A stretch of 64,000 nt of DNA from positions 14,952,698 to 15,016,697 of the forward strand of contig OZ037765.1 of assembly GCA_964035545.1 (NCBI GenBank). Direction: 5' to 3'. Below, one piece after another: positions 27,948 to 46,260 of the stretch (within the stretch, counting starts at the first letter, position 1; every line of letters begins with the position of its first letter). A program made the position numbers and the translations under genes. The notes under the pieces were generated by a model, which saw only the letters and a list, made by a program, of their open reading frames with translations, did not search any database and was not told where the DNA came from. The DNA is from Bugula neritina (Eukaryota; Animalia; Bryozoa).

Positions 27948-30900
27948 AACATACTGAAATATGCTGTAACACACTGAAATATACTGCAAAATACTGAAAT
28001 ACACTGTAACATACTGAAATATACTGCAACATACTGAAATACACTGTAACATACTGAAATATACTGCAACATACTGCAACATACTAAAATACACTGTAAC
28101 GTACTGAAATACACAGCAACATACTGCAACATACTACAACATACTGAAATACGCTGTAACATATTGAATTACACTGCAACACATTGAAATATACTGCAAC
28201 ACACTGAAACATACGGCAACATACTGAAATATACTGCAACATACTGAATCATACAGCAACATACTGAAATATACTGCAACACATTTAAATATACTGCAAC
28301 ATATTGAAATATGCTGTAGCACCCTGAAATTCACTGCAACTTACTGAAATATAGTGTAATATACGGAATAGTACTGTAACATACTGAAATACACTGTAAC
28401 ACACTGAAATATGCTGTCACATACTGAAATATACTGTAAATTACTAGAATTATACTGCAACATACTGCAACATACTGAAATACACTGTAACCTACTGATA
28501 TACACTGCAATATACTACAACATACTGAAATACACTGTAACATATTGAAATACGCTGCAACACATTGAAATATACTGCAACATACCGAAATATATGGTAA
28601 ACTACTGAAATATACCGTAACACATCGAAAAATACTGCAACATACTGAAATATACTGTAACACACTGAAACATACTGCAACTTACTGAAATACATTGTAA
28701 CATACTGAAATATACTGCAACATACTGCAACATACTGAATTACACTGTAACATACTGATATACATTGCTATATACTACAACATACTGAAATACACTGTAA
28801 CATATTGAAATACGCTGCAACACATTGAAATATACTGCAACATACCGAAATATATAGTAAACTACAGAAATATACTGTAACACATCGGAAAATACTGCAA
28901 CATACTGAAATATACTGTAACACATTGAAATATACTGCAACATACTGAAATACATTGTAACATACTGAAATATACTGCAACATACTGCAACATACTGAAA
29001 TACACTGTAACATACTGAAATACACTGCAACATACTGCGACATACTGAAATACATTGGAACATATTGAAACACACTACAACACATTGAAATATACTGCAA
29101 CACACTGAAACATACAGCAACATACTGAAATATACTGCAACATAGTTAACTATAATGCAAGATACTGCAACATTCTGAAATACACTGTGACATATTGAAA
29201 TACACTGCAACATACTGCAACATACTGCAACATACTGAAATACACTGTAACATATTGAAGTGCACTGCAACACATTGAAATATACTGCAACACACTGAAA
29301 AATACTGCAACAAACCGAAATATATGGTAAACTACTGAAATATACTGTAACACATTGAAAAAAACTGCAACATACTGAAATATACTGTAACACACTGAAA
29401 AATACTGCAAAATACTGAAATACACTGTAACATACTGAAATACACTGTAACACACTGAAATATACTGCAACACACCGCAATATACTGAAACACGCTGTAA
29501 CATATTGAAATACACTGCAACACATTGAAATATACTGCAACACACTGAAACATACGGCAACATATTGAAATATACTGCAACACATTGAAATATACTGCAA
29601 CATACCGAAAATAACTGCAACTGTGCAATATAATGAAATATACTGCAAAAATACTGAAATGTACTGCAACAATTTGAAAGTTACTGTATGATACTGACAT
29701 ATACTGAAACACACTGAAACATACTGCAAGATACTGCAACATACTGAAACACACTATAACATACTGAAATACACTGCAACACACTGCAACATACTGCAAC
29801 ATACTGAATTACACTGTAACATATTGAAATACACTGCAATACATTGAAATTTACTGCAACACACTGAAACATACTGCAACATACTGAAATATACTGCAAC
29901 ATATCGAAGTATATTGTAATATACGGACATGTACTGTAACATACTGAAACATACTGAAACATACTGAAACATACTGAAATATACTTCAACATACTGAAAT
30001 ATACTGCAACATACTGCAACATACTGAAATTCACTGTAACATACTGAAACACACTGCAGCACATTGAAACAAACTGCAACAGACCTAAATATACGGTAAT
30101 ATACTGAAATATACTGTAACACATTGAAAAACACTGCAAGATACTGAAATATGCTGTAGTACACTGAAATACACTGCAACATACTGCAACATACTGAAAT
30201 ACACTGTAACCTACTGAAATACACTGCAACATACTACAACATACTGAAATACACTGTAACATTATGAATTACACAGCAACACATTGAAATATACTGCAAT
30301 ATACCGAAATATATGGTAAACAACTGAAATATACTGCAAAAATACTGAAATATACTGTAACATACTGAAAGATACTGCAACATACTGAAATACACTGTAA
30401 CATACTGAAATAAACGGCAACATACTGCAACATACTGTATTACACTGTAACGTACTGAAATACACAGCAACATACTGCAACATACTGCAACATACTGAAA
30501 TACGCTGTAACATATTGAATTACACTGCAACACATTGAAATATACTGCAACACACTGAAACATACGGCACGATACTGAAATATACTGCAACACACTGAAA
30601 CATACGGCAACATACTGAAATATACTGCAAAACATTGAAACATACTGCTACATACTGAAACATGCTGTAGCATACTGAAATACACTGCAACACACTGAAG
30701 TATACTGTAATATACAGAAATGTACTGTAACATACTGAAACATACGTCAACATACTGAAATGTACTCCAACATGCTGAATTATACTGCAACATACTGAAA
30801 TACACTGTAATATACTGAATTAAACTGCAACACATTGTAATATACTGCAACATACTGAATCATACAGCAACAAACTGAAATATACTGCAACACATTTAAA

Positions 30901-33900
30901 TATACTGCAACACATTGAAATATGCTGTAGCACCCTGAAATTCACTGCAACTTACTGAAATATAGTGTAATATACGGAATAGTACTGTAACATACTGAAA
31001 TATACTGTAACACACTGAAATATGCTGTCACATACTGAAATATACTGTAAATTACTAGAATTATACTGCAACATACTGCAACATACTGAATTACACTGTA
31101 ACATACTGATATACACTGCTATATACTACAACATACTGAAATACACTGTAACATATTGAAATACGCTGCAACACATTGAAATATACTGCAACATACCGAA
31201 ATATATAGTAAACTACTGAAATATACTGTAACACATCGAAAAATACTGCAACATACTGAAATATACTGTAACACATTGAAATATACTGCAACATACTGAA
31301 ATACATTGTAACATACTGAAATATACTGCAACACACTGAAGTATACTGTAATATACAGAAATGTACTGTAACATACTGAAACATACGTCAACATACTGAA
31401 ATGTACTCCAACATGCTGAACTATACTGCAACATACTGAAATACACTGTAATATACTGAATTAAACTGCAACACATTGTAATATACTGCAACATACTGAA
31501 TCATACAGCAACATACTGAAATATACTGCAACACATTTAAATATACTGCAACATATTGAAATATGCTGTAGCACCCTGAAATTCACTGCAACTTACTGAA
31601 ATATAGTGTAATATACGGAATAGTACTGTAACATACTGAAATATACTGTAACACACTGAAATATGCTGTCACATACTCAAATATACTGTAAATTACTAGA
31701 ATTATACTGCAACATACTGCAACATACTGAATTACACTGTAACATACTGATATACACTGCTATATACTACAACATACTGAAATACACTGCAACACATTGA
31801 AATATACTGCAACACACTGAAACATACGGCAACATATTGAAATATACTGCAACACATTGAAATATACTGCAACATACCGAAAATAACTGCAACTGTGCAA
31901 TATAATGAAATATACTGCAAAAATACTGAAATGTACTGCAACAATTTGAAAGTTACTGTATGATACTGACATATACTGAAACACACTGAAACATACTGCA
32001 AGATACTGCAACATACTGAAACACACTATAACATACTGAAATACACTGCAACATACTGCAACATACTGCAACATACTGAATTACACTGTAACATATTGAA
32101 ATACACTGCAATACATTGAAATTTACTGCAACACACTGAAACATACTGCAACATACTGAAATATACTGCAACATATCGAAGTATATTGTAATATACGGAC
32201 ATGTACTGTAACATACTGAAACATACTGAAACATACTGAAACATACTGAAATATACTTCAACATACTGAAATATACTGCAACATACTGCAACATACTGAA
32301 ATACACTGTAACATACTGAAACACACTGCAACACATTGAAACAAACTGCAACAGACCTAAATATACGGTAATATACTGAAATATACTGTAACACATTGAA
32401 AAACACTGCAAGATACTGAAATATGCTGTAGCACACTGAAATACACTGCAACATACTGAAATACACTGTAAAATACTGAAATACACTGCAACATACTGCA
32501 ACATACTGAAATACACTGTAACCTACTGAAATACACTGCAACATACTACAACATACTGAAATACACTGTAACATTATGAATTACACAGCAACACATTGAA
32601 ATATACTGCAATATACCGAAATATATGGTAAACAACTGAAATATACTGCAAAAATACTGAAATATACTGTAACACACTGAAATATGCTGTCACATACTGA
32701 AATATACTGTAAATTACTAGAATTATACTGCAACATACTGCAACATACTGAATTACACTGTAACATACTGATATACACTGCTATATACTACAACATACTG
32801 AAATACACTGTAACATATTGAAATACGCTGCAACACATTGAAATATACTGCAACATACCGAAATATATAGTAAACTACTGAAATATACTGTAACACATCG
32901 AAAAATACTGCAACATACTGAAATATACTGTAACACATTGAAATATACTGCAACATACTGAAATACATTGTAACATACTGAAATATACTGCAACATACTG
33001 CAACATACTGAAATACACTGTAACATACTGAAATACACTGCAACATACTGCGACATACTGAAATACATTGGAACATATTGAAACACACTACAACACATTG
33101 AAATATACTGCAACACACTGAAACATACAGCAACATACTGAAATATACTGCAACATAGTTAACTATAATGCAAGATACTGCAACATTCTGAAATACACTG
33201 TCACATATTGAAATACACTGCAACATACTGCAACATACTGCAGCATACTGAAATACACTGTAACATATTGAAGTGCACTGCAACACATTGAAATATACTG
33301 CAACACACTGAAACATACGGCAACATACTGAAGTATACTGCAACACATTGAAAAATACTGCAACATACCGAAATATATGGTAAACTACTGAAATATACTG
33401 TAACACATTGAAAAAAACTGCAACATACTGAAATATACTGTAACACACTGAAATATACTGCAAAATACTGAAATACACTGTAACATACTGAAATACACTG
33501 TAACACACTGAAATATACTGCAACACACCGCAATATACTGAAACACGCTGTAACATACTGAAATACACTGCAACATACTACAACATATTGAAATACACTG
33601 CAACACATTGAAATATACTGCAACACACTGAAACATACGGCAACATATTGAAATATACTGCAACACATTGAAATATACTGCAACATACCGAAAATAACTG
33701 CAACTGTGCAATATAATGAAATATACTGCAAAAATACTGAAATGTACTGCAACAATTTGAAAGTTACTGTATGATACTGACATATACTGAAACACACTGA
33801 AACATACTGTAAGATACTGCAACATACTGAAACACACTATAACATACTGAAATACACTGCAACATACTGCAACATACTGCAACATACTGAATTACACTGT

Positions 33901-36900
33901 AACATATTGAAATACACTGCAATACATTGAAATTTACTGCAACACACTGAAACATACTGCAACATACTGAAATATACTGCAACATATCGAAGTATATTGT
34001 AATATACGGACATGTACTGTAACATACTGAAACATACTGAAATATACTGCAACATACTGAAATATACTTCAACATACTGAAATATACTGCAACATACTGC
34101 AACATACTGAAATACACTGTAACATACTGAAACACACTGCAACACATTGAAACAAACTGCAACAGACCTAAATATACGGTAATATACTGAAATATACTGT
34201 AACACATTGAAAAACACTGCAAGATACTGAAATATGCTGTAGCACACTGAAATACACTGCAACATACTGAAATACACTGTAAAATACTGAAATACACTGC
34301 AACATACTGCAACATACTGAAATACACTGTAACCTACTGAAATACACTGCAACATACTACAACATACTGAAATACACTGTAACATTATGAATTACACAGC
34401 AACACATTGAAATATACTGCAATATACCGAAATATATGGTAAACAACTGAAATATACTGCAAAAATACTGAAATATACTGTAACATACTGAAAGATACTG
34501 CAACATACTGAAATACACTGTAACATACTGAAATAAACGGCAACATACTGCAACATACTGTATTACACTGTAACATCTTGAAATACACTGCAACACATTG
34601 AAAGTTACTGCAACATACTGAAACATACTGCAACATACTGAAATATACTGCAACATATCGAAGTATATTGTAATATACGGACATGCACTGTAACATACTG
34701 AAACATACTGAAACATACTGAAACATACTGAAATATACTGGAACGTACCGAAATATACTTCAACATACTAAAATACACTGCAACATACTGCACCATACTG
34801 AAATACACTGCAACACATTGAAGTATACTGTAATATACAGAAATGTACTGTAACATACTGAAACATACGTCAACATACTGAAATGTACTGCAACATGCCG
34901 AACTATACTGCAAGATACTGAAACATACTGCAACATACTGAAATACACTGCAACATATCGAAGTATATCGTAATATACGGACATGCACTGTAACATACTG
35001 AAACAAACTGAAACATACTGAAATATACTGGAACATACCAAAATATACTTCAACATATTGAAATATGCTGCAACATACTGCAACATACTGAAACACACTG
35101 TAACATACTGAAATACACTGCAACACATCGGAATAAACTGCAACATACCTAAATATACGGTAATATACTCAAATATACTGTTCACATTGAAAAACACTGC
35201 AACATACTGAAATTTGCTGTAGCACAGTGAAATTCAGTGCAACCCACTGAAATATAGTGTAATATACGGAAATGTACTTTAACATACTGAAATATACTGT
35301 AACACACTGGAATATACTGTCACATACTGAAATACACTGTAAAATACTGAAATATATTGCAACATAGTGCAACATACTGAAATACACTGTAATCTACTGA
35401 TATACACTGCAATATACTACAACATACTGAAATACACTGTAGCATATTGAAATACACTGCAACACATTGAAATATACTGCAACATACCAAAATATATGGT
35501 AAACTACTGAAATATACTGTATCACATTGAAAAATACTGCAACATACTGAAATATGCTGTAACACACTGAAATATACTGCAAAATACTGAAATACACTGT
35601 AATATACTGAAATATACTGCAACATACTGAAATACACTGTAACATACTGAAATATACTGCAACATACTGCAACATACTGAAATACACTGTAACGTACTGA
35701 AATACACAGCAACATACTGCAACATACTGCAACATACTGAAATACGCTGTAACATATTGAATTACACTGCAACACATTGAAATATACTGCAACACACTGA
35801 AACATACGGCAACATACTGAAATATACTGCAACACACTGAAACATACGGCAACATACTGAAATATACTGCAAAACATTGAAATATACTGCTACATACTGA
35901 AACATGCTGTAGCATACTGAAATACACTGCAACACACTGAAGTATACTGTAATATACAGAAATGTACTGTAACATACTGGAACATACGTCAACATACTGA
36001 AATGTACTCCAACATGCTGAACTATACTGCAACATACTGAAATACACTGTAATATACTGAATTAAACTGCAACACATTGCAATATACTGCAACATACTGA
36101 ATCATACGGCAACATACTGAAATATACTGCAACACATTGAAATATACTGCAACATATTGAAATATGCTGTAGCACCCTGAAATTCACTGCAACTTACTGA
36201 AATATAGTGTATTATACGGAATAGTACTGTAACATACTGAAATATACTGTAACACACTGAAATATGCTGTCACATACTGAAATATACTGTAAATTACTAG
36301 AATTATACTGCAACATACTGCAACATACTAAAAATACACTGTAACCTACTGATATACACTGCAATATACTACAACATACTGAAATACACTGTAACATATT
36401 GAAATACGCTGCAACACATTGAAATATACTGCAACATACCGAAATATATGGTAAACTACTGAAATATACTGTAACACATCGAAAAACACTGCAACATACT
36501 GAAATATACTGTAACACACTGAAATATACTGCAACATACTGAAATACATTGTCACATACTGAAATATACTGCAACATACTGCAACATACTGAAATACACT
36601 GTAACATACTGAAATACACTGCAACATACTGCGACATACTGAAATACATTGGAACATATTGAAACACACTACAACACATTGAAATATACTGCAACACACT
36701 GAAACATACAGCAACATACTGAAATATACTGCGACACATTGAAATATACTGCAACATAGTTAACTATAATGCAAGATACTGCAACATTCTGAAATACACT
36801 GTGACATATTGAAATACACTGCAACATACTGCAACATACTGCAACATACTGAAATACACTGTAACATATTGAAGTGCACTGCAACACATTGAAATATACT

Positions 36901-39900
36901 GCAACACACTGAAACATACGGCAACATACTGAAGTATACTGCAACACATTGAAAAATACTGCAACATACCGAAATATATGGTAAACTACTGAAATATACT
37001 GTAACACATTGAAAAAAACTGCAACATACTGAAATATACTGTAACACACTGAAATATACTGCAAAATACTGAAATACACTGTAACATACTGAAATATGCT
37101 GTAACACACTGAAATATACTGCAAAATACTGAAATACACTGTAACATACTGAAATATACTGCAACATACTGAAATACACTGTAACATACTGAAATATACT
37201 GCAACATACTGCAACATACTAAAATACACTGTAACGTACTGAAATACACAGCAACATACTGCAACATACTACAACATACTGAAATACGCTGTAACATATT
37301 GAATTACACTGCAACACATTGAAATATACTGCAACACACTGAAACATACGGCAACATACTGAAATATACTGCAACATACTGAATCATACAGCAACATACT
37401 GAAATATACTGCAACACATTTAAATATACTGCAACATATTGAAATATGCTGTAGCACCCTGAAATTCACTGCAACTTACTGAAATATAGTGTAATATACG
37501 GAATAGTACTGTAACATACTGAAATACACTGTAACACACTGAAATATGCTGTCACATACTGAAATATACTGTAAATTACTAGAATTATACTGCAACATAC
37601 TGCAACATACTGAAATACACTGTAACCTACTGATATACACTGCAATATACTACAACATACTGAAATACACTGTAACATATTGAAATACGCTGCAACACAT
37701 TGAAATATACTGCAACATACCGAAATATATGGTAAACTACTGAAATATACCGTAACACATCGAAAAATACTGCAACATACTGAAATATACTGTAACACAC
37801 TGAAACATACTGCAACTTACTGAAATACATTGTAACATACTGAAATATACTGCAACATACTGCAACATACTGAATTACACTGTAACATACTGATATACAT
37901 TGCTATATACTACAACATACTGAAATACACTGTAACATATTGAAATACGCTGCAACACATTGAAATATACTGCAACATACCGAAATATATAGTAAACTAC
38001 AGAAATATACTGTAACACATCGGAAAATACTGCAACATACTGAAATATACTGTAACACATTGAAATATACTGCAACATACTGAAATACATTGTAACATAC
38101 TGAAATATACTGCAACATACTGCAACATACTGAAATACACTGTAACATACTGAAATACACTGCAACATACTGCGACATACTGAAATACATTGGAACATAT
38201 TGAAACACACTACAACACATTGAAATATACTGCAACACACTGAAACATACAGCAACATACTGAAATATACTGCAACATAGTTAACTATAATGCAAGATAC
38301 TGCAACATTCTGAAATACACTGTGACATATTGAAATACACTGCAACATACTGCAACATACTGCAACATACTGAAATACACTGTAACATATTGAAGTGCAC
38401 TGCAACACATTGAAATATACTGCAACACACTGAAAAATACTGCAACAAACCGAAATATATGGTAAACTACTGAAATATACTGTAACACATTGAAAAAAAC
38501 TGCAACATACTGAAATATACTGTAACACACTGAAAAATACTGCAAAATACTGAAATACACTGTAACATACTGAAATACACTGTAACACACTGAAATATAC
38601 TGCAACACACCGCAATATACTGAAACACGCTGTAACATACTGAAATACACTGCAACATGCTACAACATATTGAAATACACTGCAACACATTGAAATATAC
38701 TGCAACACACTGAAACATACGGCAACATATTGAAATATACTGCAACACATTGAAATATACTGCAACATACCGAAAATAACTGCAACTGTGCAATATAATG
38801 AAATATACTGCAAAAATACTGAAATGTACTGCAACAATTTGAAAGTTACTGTATGATACTGACATATACTGAAACACACTGAAACATACTGCAAGATACT
38901 GCAACATACTGAAACACACTATAACATACTGAAATACACTGCAACACACTGCAACATACTGCAACATACTGAATTACACTGTAACATATTGAAATACACT
39001 GCAATACATTGAAATTTACTGCAACACACTGAAACATACTGCAACATACTGAAATATACTGCAACATATCGAAGTATATTGTAATATACGGACATGTACT
39101 GTAACATACTGAAACATACTGAAACATACTGAAACATACTGAAATATACTTCAACATACTGAAATATACTGCAACATACTGCAACATACTGAAATTCACT
39201 GTAACATACTGAAACACACTGCAGCACATTGAAACAAACTGCAACAGACCTAAATATACGGTAATATACTGAAATATACTGTAACACATTGAAAAACACT
39301 GCAAGATACTGAAATATGCTGTAGTACACTGAAATACACTGCAACATACTGCAACATACTGAAATACACTGTAACCTACTGAAATACACTGCAACATACT
39401 ACAACATACTGAAATACACTGTAACATTATGAATTACACAGCAACACATTGAAATATACTGCAATATACCGAAATATATGGTAAACAACTGAAATATACT
39501 GCAAAAATACTGAAATATACTGTAACATACTGAAAGATACTGCAACATACTGAAATACACTGTAACATACTGAAATAAACGGCAACATACTGCAACATAC
39601 TGTATTACACTGTAACGTACTGAAATACACAGCAACATACTGCAACATACTGCAACATACTGAAATACGCTGTAACATATTGAATTACACTGCAACACAT
39701 TGAAATATACTGCAACACACTGAAACATACGGCACCATACTGAAATATACTGCAACACACTGAAACATACGGCAACATACTGAAATATACTGCAAAACAT
39801 TGAAACATACTGCTACATACTGAAACATGCTGTAGCATACTGAAATACACTGCAACACACTGAAGTATACTGTAATATACAGAAATGTACTGTAACATAC

Positions 39901-42900
39901 TGAAACATACGTCAACATACTGAAATGTACTCCAACATGCTGAATTATACTGCAACATACTGAAATACACTGTAATATACTGAATTAAACTGCAACACAT
40001 TGTAATATACTGCAACATACTGAATCATACAGCAACAAACTGAAATATACTGCAACACATTTAAATATACTGCAACACATTGAAATATGCTGTAGCACCC
40101 TGAAATTCACTGCAACTTACTGAAATATAGTGTAATATACGGAATAGTACTGTAACATACTGAAATATACTGTAACACACTGAAATATGCTGTCACATAC
40201 TGAAATATACTGTAAATTACTAGAATTATACTGCAACATACTGCAACATACTGAATTACACTGTAACATACTGATATACACTGCTATATACTACAACATA
40301 CTGAAATACACTGTAACATATTGAAATACGCTGCAACACATTGAAATATACTGCAACATACCGAAATATATAGTAAACTACTGAAATATACTGTAACACA
40401 TCGAAAAATACTGCAACATACTGAAATATACTGTAACACATTGAAATATACTGCAACATACTGAAATACATTGTAACATACTGAAATATACTGCAACACA
40501 CTGAAGTATACTGTAATATACAGAAATGTACTGTAACATACTGAAACATACGTCAACATACTGAAATGTACTCCAACATGCTGAACTATACTGCAACATA
40601 CTGAAATACACTGTAATATACTGAATTAAACTGCAACACATTGTAATATACTGCAACATACTGAATCATACAGCAACATACTGAAATATACTGCAACACA
40701 TTTAAATATACTGCAACATATTGAAATATGCTGTAGCACCCTGAAATTCACTGCAACTTACTGAAATATAGTGTAATATACGGAATAGTACTGTAACATA
40801 CTGAAATATACTGTAACACACTGAAATATGCTGTCACATACTCAAATATACTGTAAATTACTAGAATTATACTGCAACATACTGCAACATACTGAATTAC
40901 ACTGTAACATACTGATATACACTGCTATATACTACAACATACTGAAATACACTGCAACACATTGAAATATACTGCAACACACTGAAACATACGGCAACAT
41001 ATTGAAATATACTGCAACACATTGAAATATACTGCAACATACCGAAAATAACTGCAACTGTGCAATATAATGAAATATACTGCAAAAAGACTGAAATGTA
41101 CTGCAACAATTTGAAAGTTACTGTATGATACTGACATATACTGAAACACACTGAAACATACTGCAAGATACTGCAACATACTGAAACACACTATAACATA
41201 CTGAAATACACTGCAACATACTGCAACATACTGCAACATACTGAATTACACTGTAACATATTGAAATACACTGCAATACATTGAAATTTACTGCAACACA
41301 CTGAAACATACTGCAACATACTGAAATATACTGCAACATATCGAAGTATATTGTAATATACGGACATGTACTGTAACATACTGAAACATACTGAAACATA
41401 CTGAAACATACTGAAATATACTTCAACATACTGAAATATACTGCAACATACTGCAACATACTGAAATACACTGTAACATACTGAAACACACTGCAACACA
41501 TTGAAACAAACTGCAACAGACCTAAATATACGGTAATATACTGAAATATACTGTAACACATTGAAAAACACTGCAAGATACTGAAATATGCTGTAGCACA
41601 CTGAAATACACTGCAACATACTGAAATACACTGTAAAATACTGAAATACACTGCAACATACTGCAACATACTGAAATACACTGTAACCTACTGAAATACA
41701 CTGCAACATACTACAACATACTGAAATACACTGTAACATTATGAATTACACAGCAACACATTGAAATATACTGCAATATACCGAAATATATGGTAAACAA
41801 CTGAAATATACTGCAAAAATACTGAAATATACTGTAACACACTGAAATATGCTGTCACATACTGAAATATACTGTAAATTACTAGAATTATACTGCAACA
41901 TACTGCAACATACTGAATTACACTGTAACATACTGATATACACTGCTATATACTACAACATACTGAAATACACTGTAACATATTGAAATACGCTGCAACA
42001 CATTGAAATATACTGCAACATACCGAAATATATAGTAAACTACTGAAATATACTGTAACACATCGAAAAATACTGCAACATACTGAAATATACTGTAACA
42101 CATTGAAATATACTGCAACATACTGAAATACATTGTAACATACTGAAATATACTGCAACATACTGCAACATACTGAAATACACTGTAACATACTGAAATA
42201 CACTGCAACATACTGCGACATACTGAAATACATTGGAACATATTGAAACACACTACAACACATTGAAATATACTGCAACACACTGAAACATACAGCAACA
42301 TACTGAAATATACTGCAACATAGTTAACTATAATGCAAGATACTGCAACATTCTGAAATACACTGTCACATATTGAAATACACTGCAACATACTGCAACA
42401 TACTGCAGCATACTGAAATACACTGTAACATATTGAAGTGCACTGCAACACATTGAAATATACTGCAACACACTGAAACATACGGCAACATACTGAAGTA
42501 TACTGCAACACATTGAAAAATACTGCAACATACCGAAATATATGGTAAACTACTGAAATATACTGTAACACATTGAAAAAAACTGCAACATACTGAAATA
42601 TACTGTAACACACTGAAATATACTGCAAAATACTGAAATACACTGTAACATACTGAAATACACTGTAACACACTGAAATATACTGCAACACACCGCAATA
42701 TACTGAAACACGCTGTAACATACTGAAATACACTGCAACATACTACAACATATTGAAATACACTGCAACACATTGAAATATACTGCAACACACTGAAACA
42801 TACGGCAACATATTGAAATATACTGCAACACATTGAAATATACTGCAACATACCGAAAATAACTGCAACTGTGCAATATAATGAAATATACTGCAAAAAT

Positions 42901-45900
42901 ACTGAAATGTACTGCAACAATTTGAAAGTTACTGTATGATACTGACATATACTGAAACACACTGAAACATACTGTAAGATACTGCAACATACTGAAACAC
43001 ACTATAACATACTGAAATACACTGCAACATACTGCAACATACTGCAACATACTGAATTACACTGTAACATATTGAAATACACTGCAATACATTGAAATTT
43101 ACTGCAACACACTGAAACATACTGCAACATACTGAAATATACTGCAACATATCGAAGTATATTGTAATATACGGACATGTACTGTAACATACTGAAACAT
43201 ACTGAAATATACTGCAACATACTGAAATATACTTCAACATACTGAAATATACTGCAACATACTGCAACATACTGAAATACACTGTAACATACTGAAACAC
43301 ACTGCAACACATTGAAACAAACTGCAACAGACCTAAATATACGGTAATATACTGAAATATACTGTAACACATTGAAAAACACTGCAAGATACTGAAATAT
43401 GCTGTAGCACACTGAAATACACTGCAACATACTGAAATACACTGTAAAATACTGAAATACACTGCAACATACTGCAACATACTGAAATACACTGTAACCT
43501 ACTGAAATACACTGCAACATACTACAACATACTGAAATACACTGTAACATTATGAATTACACAGCAACACATTGAAATATACTGCAATATACCGAAATAT
43601 ATGGTAAACAACTGAAATATACTGCAAAAATACTGAAATATACTGTAACATACTGAAAGATACTGCAACATACTGAAATACACTGTAACATACTGAAATA
43701 AACGGCAACATACTGCAACATACTGTATTACACTGTAACATCTTGAAATACACTGCAACACATTGAAAGTTACTGCAACATACTGAAACATACTGCAACA
43801 TACTGAAATATACTGCAACATATCGAAGTATATTGTAATATACGGACATGCACTGTAACATACTGAAACATACTGAAACATACTGAAACATACTGAAATA
43901 TACTGGAACGTACCGAAATATACTTCAACATACTAAAATACACTGCAACATACTGCACCATACTGAAATACACTGCAACACATTGAAGTATACTGTAATA
44001 TACAGAAATGTACTGTAACATACTGAAACATACGTCAACATACTGAAATGTACTGCAACATGCCGAACTATACTGCAAGATACTGAAACATACTGCAACA
44101 TACTGAAATACACTGCAACATATCGAAGTATATCGTAATATACGGACATGCACTGTAACATACTGAAACAAACTGAAACATACTGAAATATACTGGAACA
44201 TACCAAAATATACTTCAACATATTGAAATATGCTGCAACATACTGCAACATACTGAAACACACTGTAACATACTGAAATACACTGCAACACATCGGAATA
44301 AACTGCAACATACCTAAATATACGGTAATATACTCAAATATACTGTTCACATTGAAAAACACTGCAACATACTGAAATTTGCTGTAGCACAGTGAAATTC
44401 AGTGCAACCCACTGAAATATAGTGTAATATACGGAAATGTACTTTAACATACTGAAATATACTGTAACACACTGGAATATACTGTCACATACTGAAATAC
44501 ACTGTAAAATACTGAAATATATTGCAACATAGTGCAACATACTGAAATACACTGTAATCTACTGATATACACTGCAATATACTACAACATACTGAAATAC
44601 ACTGTAGCATATTGAAATACACTGCAACACATTGAAATATACTGCAACATACCGAAATATATGGTAAACTACTGAAATATACTGTATCACATTGAAAAAT
44701 ACTGCAACATACTGAAATATGCTGTAACACACTGAAATATACTGCAAAATACTGAAATACACTGTAATATACTGAAATATACTGCAACATACTGAAATAC
44801 ACTGTAACATACTGAAATATACTGCAACATACTGCAACATACTGAAATACACTGTAACGTACTGAAATACACAGCAACATACTGCAACATACTGCAACAT
44901 ACTGAAATACGCTGTAACATATTGAATTACACTGCAACACATTGAAATATACTGCAACACACTGAAACATACGGCAACATACTGAAATATACTGCAACAC
45001 ACTGAAACATACGGCAACATACTGAAATATACTGCAAAACATTGAAATATACTGCTACATACTGAAACATGCTGTAGCATACTGAAATACACTGCAACAC
45101 ACTGAAGTATACTGTAATATACAGAAATGTACTGTAACATACTGGAACATACGTCAACATACTGAAATGTACTCCAACATGCTGAACTATACTGCAACAT
45201 ACTGAAATACACTGTAATATACTGAATTAAACTGCAACACATTGCAATATACTGCAACATACTGAATCATACGGCAACATACTGAAATATACTGCAACAC
45301 ATTGAAATATACTGCAACATATTGAAATATGCTGTAGCACCCTGAAATTCACTGCAACTTACTGAAATATAGTGTATTATACGGAATAGTACTGTAACAT
45401 ACTGAAATATACTGTAACACACTGAAATATGCTGTCACATACTGAAATATACTGTAAATTACTAGAATTATACTGCAACATACTGCAACATACTAAAAAT
45501 ACACTGTAACCTACTGATATACACTGCAATATACTACAACATACTGAAATACACTGTAACATATTGAAATACGCTGCAACACATTGAAATATACTGCAAC
45601 ATACCGAAATATATGGTAAACTACTGAAATATACTGTAACACATCGAAAAATACTGCAACATACTGAAATATACTGTAACACACTGAAATATACTGCAAC
45701 ATACTGAAATACATTGTCACATACTGAAATATACTGCAACATACTGCAACATACTGAAATACACTGTAACATACTGAAATACACTGCAACATACTGCGAC
45801 ATACTGAAATACATTGGAACATATTGAAACACACTACAACACATTGAAATATACTGCAACACACTGAAACATACAGCAACATACTGAAATATACTGCGAC

Positions 45901-46260
45901 ACATTGAAATATACTGCAACATAGTTAACTATAATGCAAGATACTGCAACATTCTGAAATACACTGTGACATATTGAAATACACTGCAACATACTGCAAC
46001 ATACTGCAACATACTGAAATACACTGTAACATATTGAAGTGCACTGCAACACATTGAAATATACTGCAACACACTGAAACATACGGCAACATACTGAAGT
46101 ATACTGCAACACATTGAAAAATACTGCAACATACCGAAATATATGGTAAACTACTGAAATATACTGTAACACATTGAAAAAAACTGCAACATACTGAAAT
46201 ATACTGTAACACACTGAAATATACTGCAAAATACTGAAATACACTGTAACATACTGAAAT
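27948..46260. repeat. Near-identical tandem duplication of a ~9.15-kb satellite block (~27948-37090 and ~37083-46260)
   Basis: CTAGAATT landmarks at 28444/37579 (offset 9135), then 31055/40220, 31696/40861, 32717/41882 and 36297/45462 (all 9165). An extra 30 bp in copy 2 near 38640-38668 explains the offset change. ORF-track peptides are essentially identical between copies. Confidence 0.92.
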
